A DNA stretch of 64,000 bases from the human T2T-CHM13v2.0 reference genome, Homo sapiens: assembly GCF_009914755.1 (NCBI RefSeq), contig NC_060928.1; one strand, given 5' to 3'. The position numbers and the translations under genes were made by a program. This document shows, piece after piece, positions 1 to 13,870 of this stretch. Below the pieces are notes generated by a model that saw nothing but the letters and a program-made list of their open reading frames with translations, did not search any database and was not told where the DNA came from. Position 1 is the first letter of the stretch, and each line of letters opens with the position of its first letter.

Positions 1-120
1 CAGGAGAAGCACTTGAACCTGGGAGGCAGAGGTTGCAGTGAGCTGAGATCGTGCCACTGTACTCCATCCAGCCTGGGTGAAAGAGCAAGACTCTGTCTCA
101 GGAAAAAAAGAAAACAAAAA
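1..120 (+). mobile_element. Alu right-arm 3' fragment (cut by window edge)
   Basis: gaggttgcagtgagctgagatcgtgccactg...ctctgtctc plus A-rich tail. Confidence 0.9.
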
Positions 121-800
121 GGCATAAGGTGAACCCTCACGCAATATGACTGGTGTCTTTATAAGAAGATGGAAATTTGGGGCCGGGCACGGTGGCTCAT
201 GCCTGTAATCCCAACACTTAGGGAGGCCGAGGCTGGTGTATCACTTGAGGTCAGCAGTTGGAGACCAGCCTGGCCAACGTGGTGAAACCCTGTCTCTACC
301 GAAAATACAAAAATTAGCCAGCATAGTCGCATGTACCTGTAATCCCAGGTACTCAGGAAGCTGAGGCAGGAGAATTGCTTAAACCTGGGAGGCAGAGGTT
401 GCAGTGAGTCAAAATCGTGCCACTTCACTCCAGCCTGGGCGACAAAGTGAGACTGTCTCAAAAAAAAAAAAAAAAAAGAAAAAAGAAGAAGAAGAAGATG
501 GAAATGTGGACGTGGACATAGACACGTACACAGGGTATGACAGTGTGAAGAGCCAGAGAAAAGATGGCCATGGGAGGCAGAGACTGGAGCCAGGATGCCA
601 CAAGCCAAGGTGTGCTTGGGGCACCTAGAACCTGGAATAGGCAGCAGGATGCTCCTCTTGAGGTTTCAGAGGGAGCACAGCCTTGCCAGTACCTCGGTGT
701 TGGGCTCCTACCTTCCAGAACTGTGAGACAATAAATTTCCTCATTTCAAACTGCCCAGCGTGCGTTCATTTTTCTCAGCAGTCCCAGAAAACGAATACAT
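121..800 (+). mobile_element. MLT1C-like MaLR LTR interrupted by Alu
   Basis: atatgactggtgtctttataagaag...ccagaactgtgagacaataaattt...gaaaacgaataca; similar to the 23215-23690 copy. Confidence 0.75.
181..491 (+). mobile_element. AluS, full length
   Basis: ggccgggc start, dimeric, A tail; TSD aagaagatggaaat(t/g)tgg at 163-180 and 492-509. Confidence 0.95.
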
Positions 801-1206
801 AGATAGTTGTTATTTTCCCGTCCTTTTCCATCTAATGTTATTGGACCCTTATTGGGTTCCAGGCTCTATGCTGAACTCTGCAGCCTAGACCCAAGGCTAC
901 AGGCTGATATAAAGCAATTCAAAGTTCCCGAGCCTTCTCATGAATTTCCGTGCTCATTCTGTTGTGTCTCAGGCTCCCGCCATCATCCTCATATCCAGGC
1001 GCCCCCCCGACCCATCACCATGGTTGTATCTGTGCCCCTTCCCACAACTATCAGAGATACACAGTGCTGGGACAGGAAGTGATGTTGGACATCTGCTGAT
1101 CTAACGCCCTGGTTTCCTGGTGTGCACACTGAGGTTCAGAGGAGTGGGGCAGCCAGTAGAAAGGCAGCCTTGCACTCAAGTACAGCTTCCCACTCCCTGC
1201 CTCTGA

Positions 1207-1292
1207 TCAATGCATGTCATGTGTCAATCCAACAAACAACAAATATTTGTCAATGCATGTTATGTGTCAATCCAACAAACAACAAATATTTG
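1207..1292. repeat. 43-bp tandem duplication (2 copies, 1 mismatch)
   Basis: tcaatgcatgt(c/t)atgtgtcaatccaacaaacaacaaatatttg x2. Confidence 0.95.
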
Positions 1293-3767
1293 TACTGAAT
1301 TACTAATGACTGGTAAACACAATATAATGTACCTCGCAGAGGTATTTGAATGTGGAACAACGGCTTAACTCAGAGAAGTGAATGTCTAATAGTGGAACGT
1401 GGTGCTGCAGGTGGGGTGGGCATGGCAGGGCAGGAAGATTTGAGAGCAAGTGTGGGGTCTTTAGCTGACCGTTTATCTCATATCCCTAGAGCGACTTCTG
1501 TGTCTGCTAAGTATAGGACTGGCTACCCTGGAGAATTGTGGAAGTGGGCCAAGGAGGAGCTTGCCCCCTTCTGTACTTTGAGAGGCCATGCGGGCTCTCT
1601 CAAAGTACAGGTGGCCAATGGCTTCCTGGATGCAGAAGGAAGCACTGGCCTCATTATATGCAGGTTTCACGACTGCTGTTTTAAACTCCAATACTGCTGA
1701 ACCATTCAGAAATAAATCCATTATAGGTCTGCTTTAGCCCCAGGGCTTTCACACAGGTCACTAGAAAATCCAAGATTGCACAGTAATTCAAACTCTTAGG
1801 AAGGAAAAAACAAATTCTCTTCAGCGCTTCCTCCCTCCCCTCCCAGCTCCTGGCCTAAAAGGAAGCACCTCTTCATTTCTGTAGTGCTTTGGAATAAGTA
1901 GCTCTTACATTGAACTTGAAATCTAAATTTTTCTTCAGCTATTAATTGATAAGAGCAGCTCATTTTACTTCTCATGCTCTGAAGTAAGATTACAGTGTAA
2001 ATAAACTGGGTCAGGTTTAGCAGGATGGACGTGAACTGTTCTCTAATTCCCCTTAATCTCCGGTAAAGGAATAACTAGGATTTGGACATCAACATTCAAT
2101 AAGCAATTATGCTGCTCCTTCATACTCGATCTAAATTAGTCCACGTTTCCCTCAAAGAGAATCCAACGAACCTCCAAACCCGGCTCTTAAATTGCAATCT
2201 CTTTGTATTGTTCTGGCTGATGAGAGACGAGTCGGCATTGTGGGAGGGGTTTGATTTGATTTATATTAATTTTTAAACTATCTGGGATCTCTCGTTTTAC
2301 TTGAAACAGATCAGGGAAAAGGGGTCGGTAAACAAGGGTTTCATCTACTGCTGATAACCACACCACGCTCAGCATTTCATGAGCCTGGCTTCTCATTTTC
2401 TTAGCACATTAGAATCATTATCTAATTATTAATCTCACCCTAGAGTTCCTAGGAGCTTATGATGCCTGTTGAAGTTAATGAAGGCTTTTACCTATAGATC
2501 TGGCGTTAAATCATTGTGATTGCCTGAGTGCCCACAATATGGTAGGCACTGACAGGGCTGACAGAAAGGAAAGAGAATTAAGCAGAAGGAAAATAAGGAG
2601 GGGAAGAGGGAGAAGTCACTGGAAAGAAGGAGGGGCAAGATACCAAATCTAGATAGTAACTTCAAAACACCTCATTAGGAAAATGGGGCAGTTAAGGAAG
2701 AACTCACCAACTAATCTGCTTAAACTTTAATTAATAATTCATTTATATATATTTATGTGGCACGCTTTCTCTAGGGAACCCAATGTGCTTAGCAAACATT
2801 TTAAATAATTAACTCTCTCATATCTGAGTGAAGTGGAGAGGCAGCAGAGTTACACTATAACTCGTTAAGCAGATTGGCAGGTGACAACTAGATGTCTTGC
2901 TTGGGAGAGGAGAGACCGACCATCTGTAACTTACCTGATGCCACAAGCAAATGATCTCTCTGGGGGCCTAGTACTGTAAGGCTCTGTCTTAGCACCTTCC
3001 CAGAAGAAGCAGTTTTTGTTTAGATAGATAGATAATGAGGATACATAGATGGAGATAAATAGGTATGAATGACTGTAGCAATCAAGAATATTTTGAGGGG
3101 GGGATGTTATTAGAAGAAAGTCAAACAGGGTACATTTAAAAAAATACTGCCTTCAAGACAAAAGATAAAAGGAAGTATTTCAAATCAGGAATATTGGTTA
3201 TGGCATTAAATGAAATGAATTTGCAGAGGCCAAATGCCAAATGATGAGACATAACATTTGCTAAGTTGTGTTTAAACACATTTTGAGTTCCTAAATTGTA
3301 TCCTCAATGTACTGTTGACAGGACACCATTTAAAAAAAAAATACCTTTAACACGAATGGTATAAATATCTCTCCAAAAAGTACAAACGCATCTGCCAAAT
3401 CAGGGGAAGGTAAAAACCAAACAAAACTTAGGAAATTTAAAAATAAAAAACAAGAAGCGAAAGCGGCACCTGCTCAGATGCAGTGAGCATGGCTTCAGCG
3501 TGAGTTAGGGGGTCACGTACTTAAGATTCACACCTTCGTGGCCTACTTCCCCTTGGTCAATTACAAGAACAGACTTTTGTTCACCACATCTTAAAACCAG
3601 TAAATTGGAATCGCCATACACAGGAGGACAGACACAATCCTTGGAGACATCATGCTAATTAAAACCACAACCTGCATTGCTTGGACACACATAACCTGGC
3701 AGCTAATGTTGAGATTTGGTCAACTAGCCTACAGGAAGTTTCAATGCTGGAGAGAGGTTTTTTAAAT

Positions 3768-4073
3768 CTTTTTTTTTTTTTCCCTTATGAGACTGTCACC
3801 CTAGCTGGAATGCAGTAGTGTGATTACAGCTCACTGCAGTCTCGAACTCCTGGGCTCAAGTGATCCTCCCACCTCAGCCTCCTGAGTAGCTAGGACTACA
3901 AGCATAGCCACCATACATGGCTTTTTAAAAAAGAAAAGAAAAGAAAAGAAAAAATGTGAAGACAGGATCTCACTATGTTGCTCAGGCTAGTCTCAAACTC
4001 CTGGGCTCAAGTGATCCTCCCACCTCAGCCTGCTGAGTATATAGGATGACAGGCACAGCCACCATGCCAGGCT
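3768..4073 (-). mobile_element. AluJ-like, antisense
   Basis: Poly-T followed by reverse-complement Alu arms, diverged. Confidence 0.9.
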
Positions 4074-4957
4074 TATCTTTCTAAAATGAAAAACGAACTT
4101 ACATCAAGACCACTGTCAGGAAAGTATAGAGGGAAGGGTGGTGAGGTGGAAGAGAAGAAACTTTTAAAAAGCAAACGAAACTACTCTGTTGATTCTTAAC
4201 TCTCCACCTGGATTCCTGACTGCTTTCTATATTTATTTTATTCTACCTTTTTAGGGGAATTTTTTCTCCTTTTTTTTTTAAGAGAAGGAACTTGGCATGT
4301 GGGGTAGATTGCTTCTAGCCTAGACTCCACAAATTATCAATCAAAGGCCCTTGAGTAAGGGCCCTTCTGAGCTTCTTGACCCTTCTGAGCTGGCTTTATC
4401 CATTGAAAATAATGGTAGCGACTTTCAGGATTGTCCTGAGGATTATTTGAAATGGTGGCCGAGAAAGTGCTTTGCAAACGACACAAGTGTGTAGGGTTAT
4501 TGGTATCAATTTTGGACAGGGATGAAAATCTTACAGCTTATTGCGCAGACACTTCTGAGAGTCGGGTCTTCATCCGCCTGCCCTCTTCCTGACAGACACC
4601 CCATGCTACTGCCACTGGAAAGTTCCCAAATCACACTCCAGTTTAAAAGATGTTGGTCTTATTTTATTACTTTCTTTACCCTTTGGACTAACCCAAGTTT
4701 AGCTGGCTAATTTCAACATTAGTCAGGGATCAGTCTTTAGCCTTAATATAAACCAACTGACATTTTCCTGCTTAATCCTCCTGCTTTAAGTAGCACCGAG
4801 CCACAAAGACAAAACAAGATCCCTCTCTCTGTGTTCCTTCAGGGGCTGTAGGTAAATTCTCCTTCACAAGACACACATGCAGGCCGCCTGGGGGGACTTT
4901 TCTCTAGAGCTTTCTGACCAACTAAGGTTTTCTAACTCCATTCACATTTTTAGTATA

Positions 4958-5322
4958 CACTATGGTCTGAATGTTTTTGTCCCTTCTCTGCAAAATTCAT
5001 TTGTTAAAATCCATTCCCCAAAGCGATGGTGTTAGGAGCTGGGCCTTCAGGAGGTGATGAAGTCATGAAGGCTCTGCCCTCATGAGTGGGATTAGTACCC
5101 TTATAAAAAGAGTCTCCAGAGAGCTTTCTCCTCCCCTTCCACCATGTGAGGACACAGTGAAAAGGCACCATCTGTGAACCAGGAAGTGGGCCCTCACCAG
5201 ATACCAAATTTACTGGCACCTTGATCTTGGACTTCCCAGCCTCTAGAACTGGGAAATAAATTTCTGTTGTTTATAAGCCACCCAGTCTATGGTATTTCAT
5301 TAGAGCAGCCCCAGTGAAGACA
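4958..5322 (+). mobile_element. MLT1A-type MaLR solo LTR
   Basis: tatggtctgaatgt...ccctcatgagtgggattagt...ttgatcttggacttcccagcctc...aataaatttctgttgtttataagccacccagtctatggtat. Confidence 0.85.
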
Positions 5323-5673
5323 GTAGATAGTTTATACTTTCTAATCTAAAATACCAAAAGCTTTTTCAAATCTTGTAAGCCATGGTTTTAGTGATATTTT
5401 TAGGTAATATTTTATTATTCTCATCATGAATCTATTCAAAGATTCATATCCTTATCTACATAAAAATATCTATTACATATGTTATCTATAGCTATATGAA
5501 TTATATCTCTACATCTATCTATATAATGGGTTCAAATTCATTAATACCTAATCTCAACTCACCAGACTTAAATTTATGGTGTTTAGTGTTTCTGTGAAGC
5601 ATCCTGCATCTCCAATTATACAAAAGAAATATCTGCAGACCTAACCAATTTACCAAAAGAAATAGGCCAAATA

Positions 5674-6006
<333 letters not shown>

Positions 6007-6809
6007 TCAAGGTGAAGTCACACTCCTCAAACCATAATGCCGGACCCCCAGTTGCAATCTCATTAAACCTCACCACAGTCTGGTCAGGGATTCAGCGACT
6101 GCTTTTAGTTTTATTTTCAGAAAAAAAAGACCGTGAAGATCCAAGGAGATGTGGCCATTTTTCAAGGTCAGACACCTATAGCATGGCAAAAAGGCAGGAA
6201 GCTGAGTATCTTCAGCCCACACATTTGCAACAGCCCCAGTTGGATGGTGATTTCTGTCCGAGCAGAAGACACCGGGCAGTTGACCCCTGTCAGAGAGCTT
6301 CACTCTCTTGGGAAATTTTGCAAAGCTTTTCCAATTCCTCCAGACTACAGTTAAGCATCCAAATGATTCTATTCTAGCTTTTAATACCTTCCCATCTCCC
6401 ACCAAAACTGAGGTAGGAGAAATATTTAAAGTCTCAAGAGCACAGGGAGCAAACAACCGTTTCCTTTTTTGTTCCTCTGCAGATGAAGAAATAGCAAAGC
6501 TGTTTTTGCATTTCAAACTTTAAATTAAAAAGTTGACTTGCAGAATCCTAAGCTCCACTTTCCTCACTGAATGAAATGAGGTCTGCCCCTCAGCTGGGAG
6601 TTTCTAGTGAGGCTGGAATGGAGGCATTTTAATGTACATGCTAGGCTTTTCAATAGTTTGGAAAGCAAAACTGATCTTAGGTCGAAAACCTCTAACCACA
6701 TGGTACAGAACTTTTTTCTTATTTAAAACAATCCTCGAATTATTGGCAATGCTTGTTTTTATTTCGCAAAACCTTCTATACCAGGTGTACTAATTATGCA
6801 TCCTCTACA

Positions 6810-7033
6810 CAGTGCTCAAAAGTCGGGGGGATTTTATCCCCCAGGAGACATTTGGCAATGTCTGGAGACACGTTTGGTTGTCACAACTGGGGATGGGGGA
6901 GGTGTGTGTTAGTGGCATCTGGTGGATAAACGTCAGGGATGTTGTTCAACATCATACAAGGCACAGGGCAACCCCCACAACCAAGAATGACATGCCCCAA
7001 AATGTCACGAGTGCCAAGGTTGAAACCCAGCTC
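6810..7033 (+). mobile_element. MER20 hAT-Charlie DNA transposon fossil
   Basis: gacatttggcaatgtctggagaca...ttgtcacaactggg...agtgccaaggttgaaaccc. Confidence 0.85.
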
Positions 7034-9639
7034 TGTGACGATCACAGTTAATAATAAGGACAGTTTCCTTCCCCCTTCCTACCCCGTGGCCCCCAGTTCT
7101 GCCCCTACGAGTTTTATTGCTATCTTAGCATGCTGTGAATTACAATAGCTTGACCCAAAAAGATTTTTTCAGACCTTTTAAATCTCTAAATGTTGAATAT
7201 CTGGAGTATGAAAATGCTATTATGATGTATTTTATTATTAGAATTATAAATGGAATCAAGAGCATTTACATTTTAAATTTATCTATATTTAATCCTGGTT
7301 GTAAATCGAAGGCCCGGCACGCAAAGGTCACACATCACCTCTCAGGAGAGAGATTATGCCAACTTGGTTGGGTGCCTTGTGTTCTATTAAAGTTGAAACC
7401 AGGCTTCCCTGTCAGACTGTTACGGCTAAACACACTTGGATCTGCAAGCAGCAAGCACAGGCTGTTCATTGCATGCAGACATGAGAACCGAGCCAGACTA
7501 CTGGAGTGTGTCCCTCCGCCACCCCAGCATCCTCCCCATTATCCACTCGGGACTGGGAGACCAGCCGGCTAGGCAGCCAACAGCTATTGGGGGACACCTG
7601 TAATTGAGTCAAGATGCCAACCAGGGACTCTGTTGAGGCAAGAACAAGAAATTCTAAAACACTTTCCAGTATGCTTCCGAGTATGCTTCCACAACCCACC
7701 CCGAAAAACTGGCTCCTTCCCAGTCCTCCACTGATTCTTCCACGTGGGTCCACTTTGCTGTTAGGAAAAGGACAACACTCCATAAGGGCCCACAAGGCCC
7801 TGCCCACACCCTTTGCTCTCCCCCATCCTCCCACACTGACCTTCATGCCAGTCCTTGTGTGCATTATGCTTTCCCACCACAGGGCCTTTGCACGAGCTGT
7901 TTTCATTTGTTTTCCATTCCCGCCGCCCACTTCACTTAGGTAAGGCACTGGCTCATATACAGATCATCACTTCCTCAGTCATCATTCCTCAAGGACACTT
8001 CCCAGACCTCCCTGATAAGGCAAATCCTTCTAATACACATTTCCACTGCACCAACTTGTTTCTTCAGAGCACTCCCACTGATGCACTTTTACAGTTGTGT
8101 ACTTAATTAAATAATGTCTGGCTATGACATATCATTGTATCCTAAGCACCAAGCACAACACTTGGCATATAGTAGGTACTGGGTACGTATTTGTTGCCTG
8201 GCCATTTAATTTTTTTAAATGAACAAGTGAATGAAAGAACAAATGAATGAATGAATGAAACTATCCTAAGATCTAAAACCTGGGCCAATGTCACAGGTAT
8301 GAAACTGTGCGTGTGCTTGGGTCCAGCTAACCATTCAGACTGTCAGTTTAGATTATTGAAAGGAACAGAAGAGAAATCTTGCCTATAAAACACGGAACTG
8401 AGAAAAAAGTGTATACCTCACTTAGAGCGTCATTAAGTTAGAGAACAACTCCCACACTCTGCTCTAAGATGAGGCCAACATCCAGATTCTCACTGCAAAC
8501 TTGGCTCCCCTAGAATTCTGTTCTTCTTTCCCCTGTCCCCGCTGCTTTCTAAACGTGAAATATCCACAGCTGCACCGTTTCTTTACTTTTTTTTTTTTTT
8601 TCTGGAGAGGTTAACCTTCCTTCTTCAGTTGTATGTTGTGCAATACCCAAGAGGCCAACACTACCATTTGAGATATTTAAATATGACTTTGAGAAATGAG
8701 TCTGTCTTAGATATAAAAGCCCACAGTCACCATGATGAACATGACTGTAATGTTTAAAATTCCTAAATAAAGAGATGCAGCACTTTCTGCATATTCTTGC
8801 TGAAATGAATATTATATATGATGCCTGTTTTTGTAAGCATTCAAATAAAGCAGTAGGAGAGAATGTGGATTTACGTATTTTTATCAATGAAAACAACTCC
8901 ACTTGACCAAAGGAAGAATTGTTTCCTCTAGTATAAAGAGCAATATGTACACGGAAGGCAGTTCTGTGTATTAGTCTCTGAGCAAAGCTTTATTTTTATA
9001 TTATTGTGTCATTTTATGCACAGACCCCAAGTGCCTTGTCAGTGACAGCCACTCATTAAATCATTTAAACTATCATATAAAAATAAAGATGGATTTTGAG
9101 CTACACTGAGCCAGGCAGTCTGTTAGCAAATACTGATTGCTCCCCGTGGGGTCTCAAGTATTTTTTCAGGTGATGGAAGTACATATGAAAGAAGTGCATG
9201 GTCTGTTACCTTGGAAGGACTTAGGCACTAGTCAAAGCCACAATCAGATGAACCTCTAATCAAAGTAACATTATCCAGATAAATGCTGTCTTTTCAAAAT
9301 GGATTGAAAGTCAGCAGTGAATCAGTCTTCAGACTCAGTCAATAAGATGGCAGGCACCATGCTGGACAGAGGAGGTACGCTGTTCCATAAGTGGTAAACA
9401 GTTTAGCAAAAGGTTAGAAAGTCAAGAAACCGAAAGAAGAACCTCCAAGAGGTCAATGTGGTTGATGGATAACTGAACTCCAACTTGGGGCAGCTGAAGG
9501 CACAGGAATAAACTCGGTACATCTTCCACAAGATTCATTTCCCCTTTTTGGCAAAAAAATTCTATAAATTTTCAACATGGAAATGAACATGACTGTCTCG
9601 TGGAGAAGAATTTAAAAAAAATTCTGAAAATGTGGAACA

Positions 9640-10230
9640 AGAAAGCATTCCCATAGACTGGAGATGGAAGTGCAGGTTGGTTCAACCAAGGTCTTTGAAC
9701 TATCAAAGAGTTGAAATACGTTGAAATATGTAAAACCATCATCCAGTAATTCACTTCTAGATATATATGGCCCCAAATTCATGCTCACGTGCACCAACAG
9801 ATATTTGTAAGACTGTTCATGGCAGGATTATATAGAATAACCAACAACTGGATACAACTTAAACGCCCATCAACAGTGATATGTATAAACAAATGTTGAT
9901 GTACTCATATAATGGCATACTATACAGCATGAAAACGAGTGACCTAAGACCACGCATGGCACCACAGATGAATCTCACAAACATTATGCTGAATGAAAGA
10001 AATCATATACGAAGGAATCTGTAGTGCTTGATTATATTTACATAAAATTCAAAAACAGGCAAAACCAAACAATAGTATTAGCAGTCAGAAGAATGGTTGG
10101 TTTCCTTTGGGGAGAAGATAGTGAAGCATTTGTTTATCTGGAAGTTATACATTTTGTGATAATTTGTTAAGCTGTATGTTTATTTTCTGTGTACTTTTTA
10201 GAAGGTACGTTATACATAAATAATATTTCA
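9640..10230 (+). mobile_element. Old L1 (L1ME-like) 3' fragment
   Basis: cccatcaacag...atgaatctcacaaacattatgctgaatgaaagaa...aaaacaggcaaaac motifs. Confidence 0.75.
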
Positions 10231-10784
10231 ATGATTAAAACATTTTCTCTAAAGCATGTGACCTTTTGAAAATAAAAACACTACAATTCAAATAAATATA
10301 TTGCTTGTCGGTGGGACTTCTGCCCCAGATTTGCTGAAATATGTGGTCATCCTTTGTGCTTAAGTTCAAGAGCCACTGGCGTGGGTGGCGGGAGTGGGAA
10401 GAAGCAGTTTTCATCTAAGGTGCAGGTCAGGGATTATCATATAAGATCCAGGAGCTGGAAGGCAGGTGGCAATTGACCAGATTGTTTTTCCAAGCCCAAG
10501 GGTGACTCCATCAGGGACATTATTTTCTGGGGATTGTGCCAAATATAAGCATGAGAGCAGGGATTGCCTGAAGAAGCTAGAAACAAGTTAATCAGAGACA
10601 GGAATTGGAGTTAAAGAGAGAAGCTGGAGAGCAGAGCCAAACAAATGGCACCAAATGACAGACATCTTTGGTGTTCAGTAAAGGGGAAGCGACTGGAGAC
10701 ACATTACGGAGCAATCCAGGAGCAGGCTAGAAAACAGAAATAAGGGTTGAAAGTTGGGGGTGGGGTGGGACGAGGGGCTGCTCT

Positions 10785-10990
10785 CCCACGCTGCCATGTT
10801 ACAGCATTAAGACTCCAAGGAGTCAGAGAATTCTGATCTTGAACCTGGACTTCCAGGTGGTGAAGAAGTTCTATTTGTCAAGGTAGGAGGATAAGACCCA
10901 TTTTGTTTAGCTTGTTGACTTGATTTATAACTTCCAGATATTTGGATGTATGGCAGGCTGGTCTCCATTTGTACTCTTGCCCCAGGATCT
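10785..10990 (-). mobile_element. Ancient MER-type DNA transposon fragment (family uncertain)
   Basis: Reverse complement reads ggggcaagagtacaaatggag...gttataaatcaag...cctaccttgacaaata, resembling an old hAT MER consensus from recall. Confidence 0.45.
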
Positions 10991-11695
10991 GAAAATATCA
11001 GATATTTTGCTAGAGCCCCACATTCTTCATTTAGGAGAGACTGCTTCTGTGGCAGAGAGTACATTCTGACCACTACTCTAGTTCATCTAGATTTCTTTGG
11101 AACATGGATTCTGACGTATCAATGCCACTTTTAGCCATCCTCCATCCTGTCGCTATGGGCAAACTCCGCATTGAGAAACATGGTTTCTGGTTCATGTATG
11201 CCAGTAAGAATGCCAAACAGGACAGAAGTAAGTCTGCAGTCTTATAGGAGCACATTAGATATTTCCCTAAGATTGATGTCAACCTATTCATGCGCATGCT
11301 GTGGGGGCAGCTGTTTGACTAACACAACTACCTAATCAGTTCTGTCCTGCCAATGAGAATATGATAAAAAGGTTCTTGAATGCTGCTGTAGTCAGTATAC
11401 TTGGGGTCATGGAAGGCTGCTGACCTCATACATGGGGACTCTTGCAGAGAAGAGATGGAGTGGCTTGACAGGACTTGCCCGGTTTCTAGAACTCACTGTC
11501 TCTCTGTCTCTCTCTCTCTCTTTTTTTTTTTTTTATGTGATCCTCTACCCTATGCTCCACAACTGACTTTGTGAGAGCTGTTGAATTTGACCACTTGATA
11601 AAGGCAGAGGTAAGCAGTACAGAAGGTAATGAGGCAAAGCTTCCAGGTTGTCTTCCAAGTTTCTGGTCTGGCAATGACTTTGGAGAACCAGAAGT

Positions 11696-11920
11696 CAAGG
11701 GTCAGCAAACTTTTCCTGTAAAGCACCACATCATAAATATTTCAGGTCTTGTGCATCTGTCTCTGTTGCAGCTATTCAACTCTGCTGTGAAGTCAGTCCT
11801 AGTGCAATGATCAGCCATAGATAACATGAAATGAATGGTCATGGCTGTGGTCCAGTAAAACTTTATTGACAAAAATAGGTGGTGGGCCAAATTTGATATG
11901 GCTATAGTTCGCCAACCTCC
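11696..11920 (+). mobile_element. MER58A hAT fossil
   Basis: gggtcagcaaacttttcctgtaaag...aaactttatt...tagttcgccaacc terminal inverted repeats. Confidence 0.8.
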
Positions 11921-13540
11921 GTTTTAAAGTGTAATCACTCCCTGACATTAAGCAAAGGACATTAGGAAATGGGCTAATCTTCTGAGTTAGTAAGTAAAAC
12001 AATGACAACAACATGTATCATATTAAAGATGGCCCTCATTGAGCTGCCCTGCTCTGCAGCTCAGAGACCATCAGAAGAATCCATGTAAAACACCAATCTC
12101 CTTGCACCTTTCCTAACCTGAGAATCTTCTGGGCTCCTTTTCACACTGGCTCTGCCCAAACACTCCTGCTTTCTTTCCCAGCCTCACCCCTTGTCCCTGT
12201 CACATACACCATGCTGTCCAGCTATACAAAGCTCTTCTCTGATCCCTCATTAGCTGTGCAGAGTCATGCCTCCAAACCTTACTCCGTGTTGCTCCCCCTG
12301 CTAAAAAAACTCCCTTGCTGCTTTCAAACTGTTACTCATCCTTCAAGGGACCATTCAAATGTCTCTGCCTTGAAGTTTGCCAGGCATCCTCAGGTTAGCT
12401 TAATTTTCCTTCTTCCATGTTCTCATAGCACTTTGTACAGAACCATACTTCATCAACACAACTTCAGAGTGACCCCTTCTAATTAATCTCCAATAGTTTA
12501 ACCTTCTTGTGTATAGTATTTAAAAAATCTGTTTGCTCCTTTCTCACTGGGATGTGAACTCTTTTCAGACACAGGCTACACTTCATTAATCTTCGTTCAC
12601 CCCAGGGTTAGCACTGACTCAGGCACAGACAGGATGTGGAGCACACGTTTGCACAATTGTTTAACTCATGGCAGAATCTGCTTGTGCTCACACCACTGGG
12701 GCTCCGTGGAATGATTCACAGTTTAGATTGTCTGCTATTTTTATAAGACACTTTCAGCGGCTTAATAACTGGCTCTTCCTGATAAGACATTTGGGAACTG
12801 TGCATAAGTGACAGAATAATATTAAAATCAAATCAAGTTCAGAGATAAATACACAAATCTCTGCTCTACCTACGTGATATGCGCCCTATGAATCACAAAA
12901 GATAATTGTTTTAGTTGATACAGCTGTTGTGTGTTTTGTACAAGCATTTTCTCTTTCAAAGACATCTCATGAAAATCTCATTCTCTTATGAGATATGAGA
13001 CCATGTTACACCTTTTCCCATTTTAAATACATTTCCTACATGTTGTTGATTTGATCCCCAGTTCCATTTAGAACACTGAAGGGGTAATCTATGCAGTGGG
13101 ATCCCAGTGGCCTCAAAGTATGGCTGCAGTTTTTCAAAGTGCCTGTTCGAAGATCGTTCATAGAAGTAAATCTGGGCAAGATCAGGTTCATGAAATGACA
13201 CGTGTCCCCGGGCCTACTTCTACATTGTTTATCCAAGGAGAAGGTCAAATGTGTGTTTGAGATGGACACCCTGTTATGAGTTGAAGTCTGCCACATCCTC
13301 AGGTTTCCAGCAGCACCCACTTTCCAGATACTGCTCTTCCTGCAAATGAGTGAGTAAGACAACAGGGCAAACAGAACTAGGGATGGGGGGGGCAGATGTG
13401 CAGTTATGAGGCCCTCACTCCCTCTAAAATGTGTGAGTGGTGAACCCTCACTCCCTCTAAAACTTCAGACAGCCTCATATATTTTTCCTTATTTACTCCA
13501 AGAATTCTTGGGGAAACACTAAGCTTATAAGAATCTCTCA

Positions 13541-13870
13541 GGCCAGGCACAGTGGCTCACACCTGTAATCTCAACATTTCCGGAGGCCAGGGTGGGAGGA
13601 CCACTTGAGCCCAGGAGTTCGAGACCAGCCTGGGCAACATAGCAAGAAGTAATATCTGTTATATATATAAAAAAAAAATTAGCTAGGCATGGTGGTGTGT
13701 GCTTGTAGTCTCAGCTACTCTGAAGGCTGAGGTGGGAGGATTGCCTGAGCCCAGGAGGTGAAGGCTACAGCAAGCCATGATTGCACCCCTGCACTCCAGC
13801 CTGGGTGATGGAGCAAGACCCTATCTCAAAACAAAAACAAAAACAAAAAAAAACCCATAACAAACAAAAA
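13541..13870 (+). mobile_element. AluJ
   Basis: ttgagcccaggagttcgagacc motif; TSD-like aagaatct on both flanks. Confidence 0.92.

Noticed and set aside
159-628. 149-aa and overlapping ORFs, and the many similar '[16 protein letters not shown]' ORFs across the window
   Set aside because: These are translations of Alu sequence, not genes.
6012-6523. Cluster of four overlapping ORFs (71-148 aa)
   Set aside because: No recognisable homology, promoter or splice context; consistent with chance.
7135-8106. Overlapping 83-160 aa ORFs
   Set aside because: Partly over L2-like remnants; no family resemblance.
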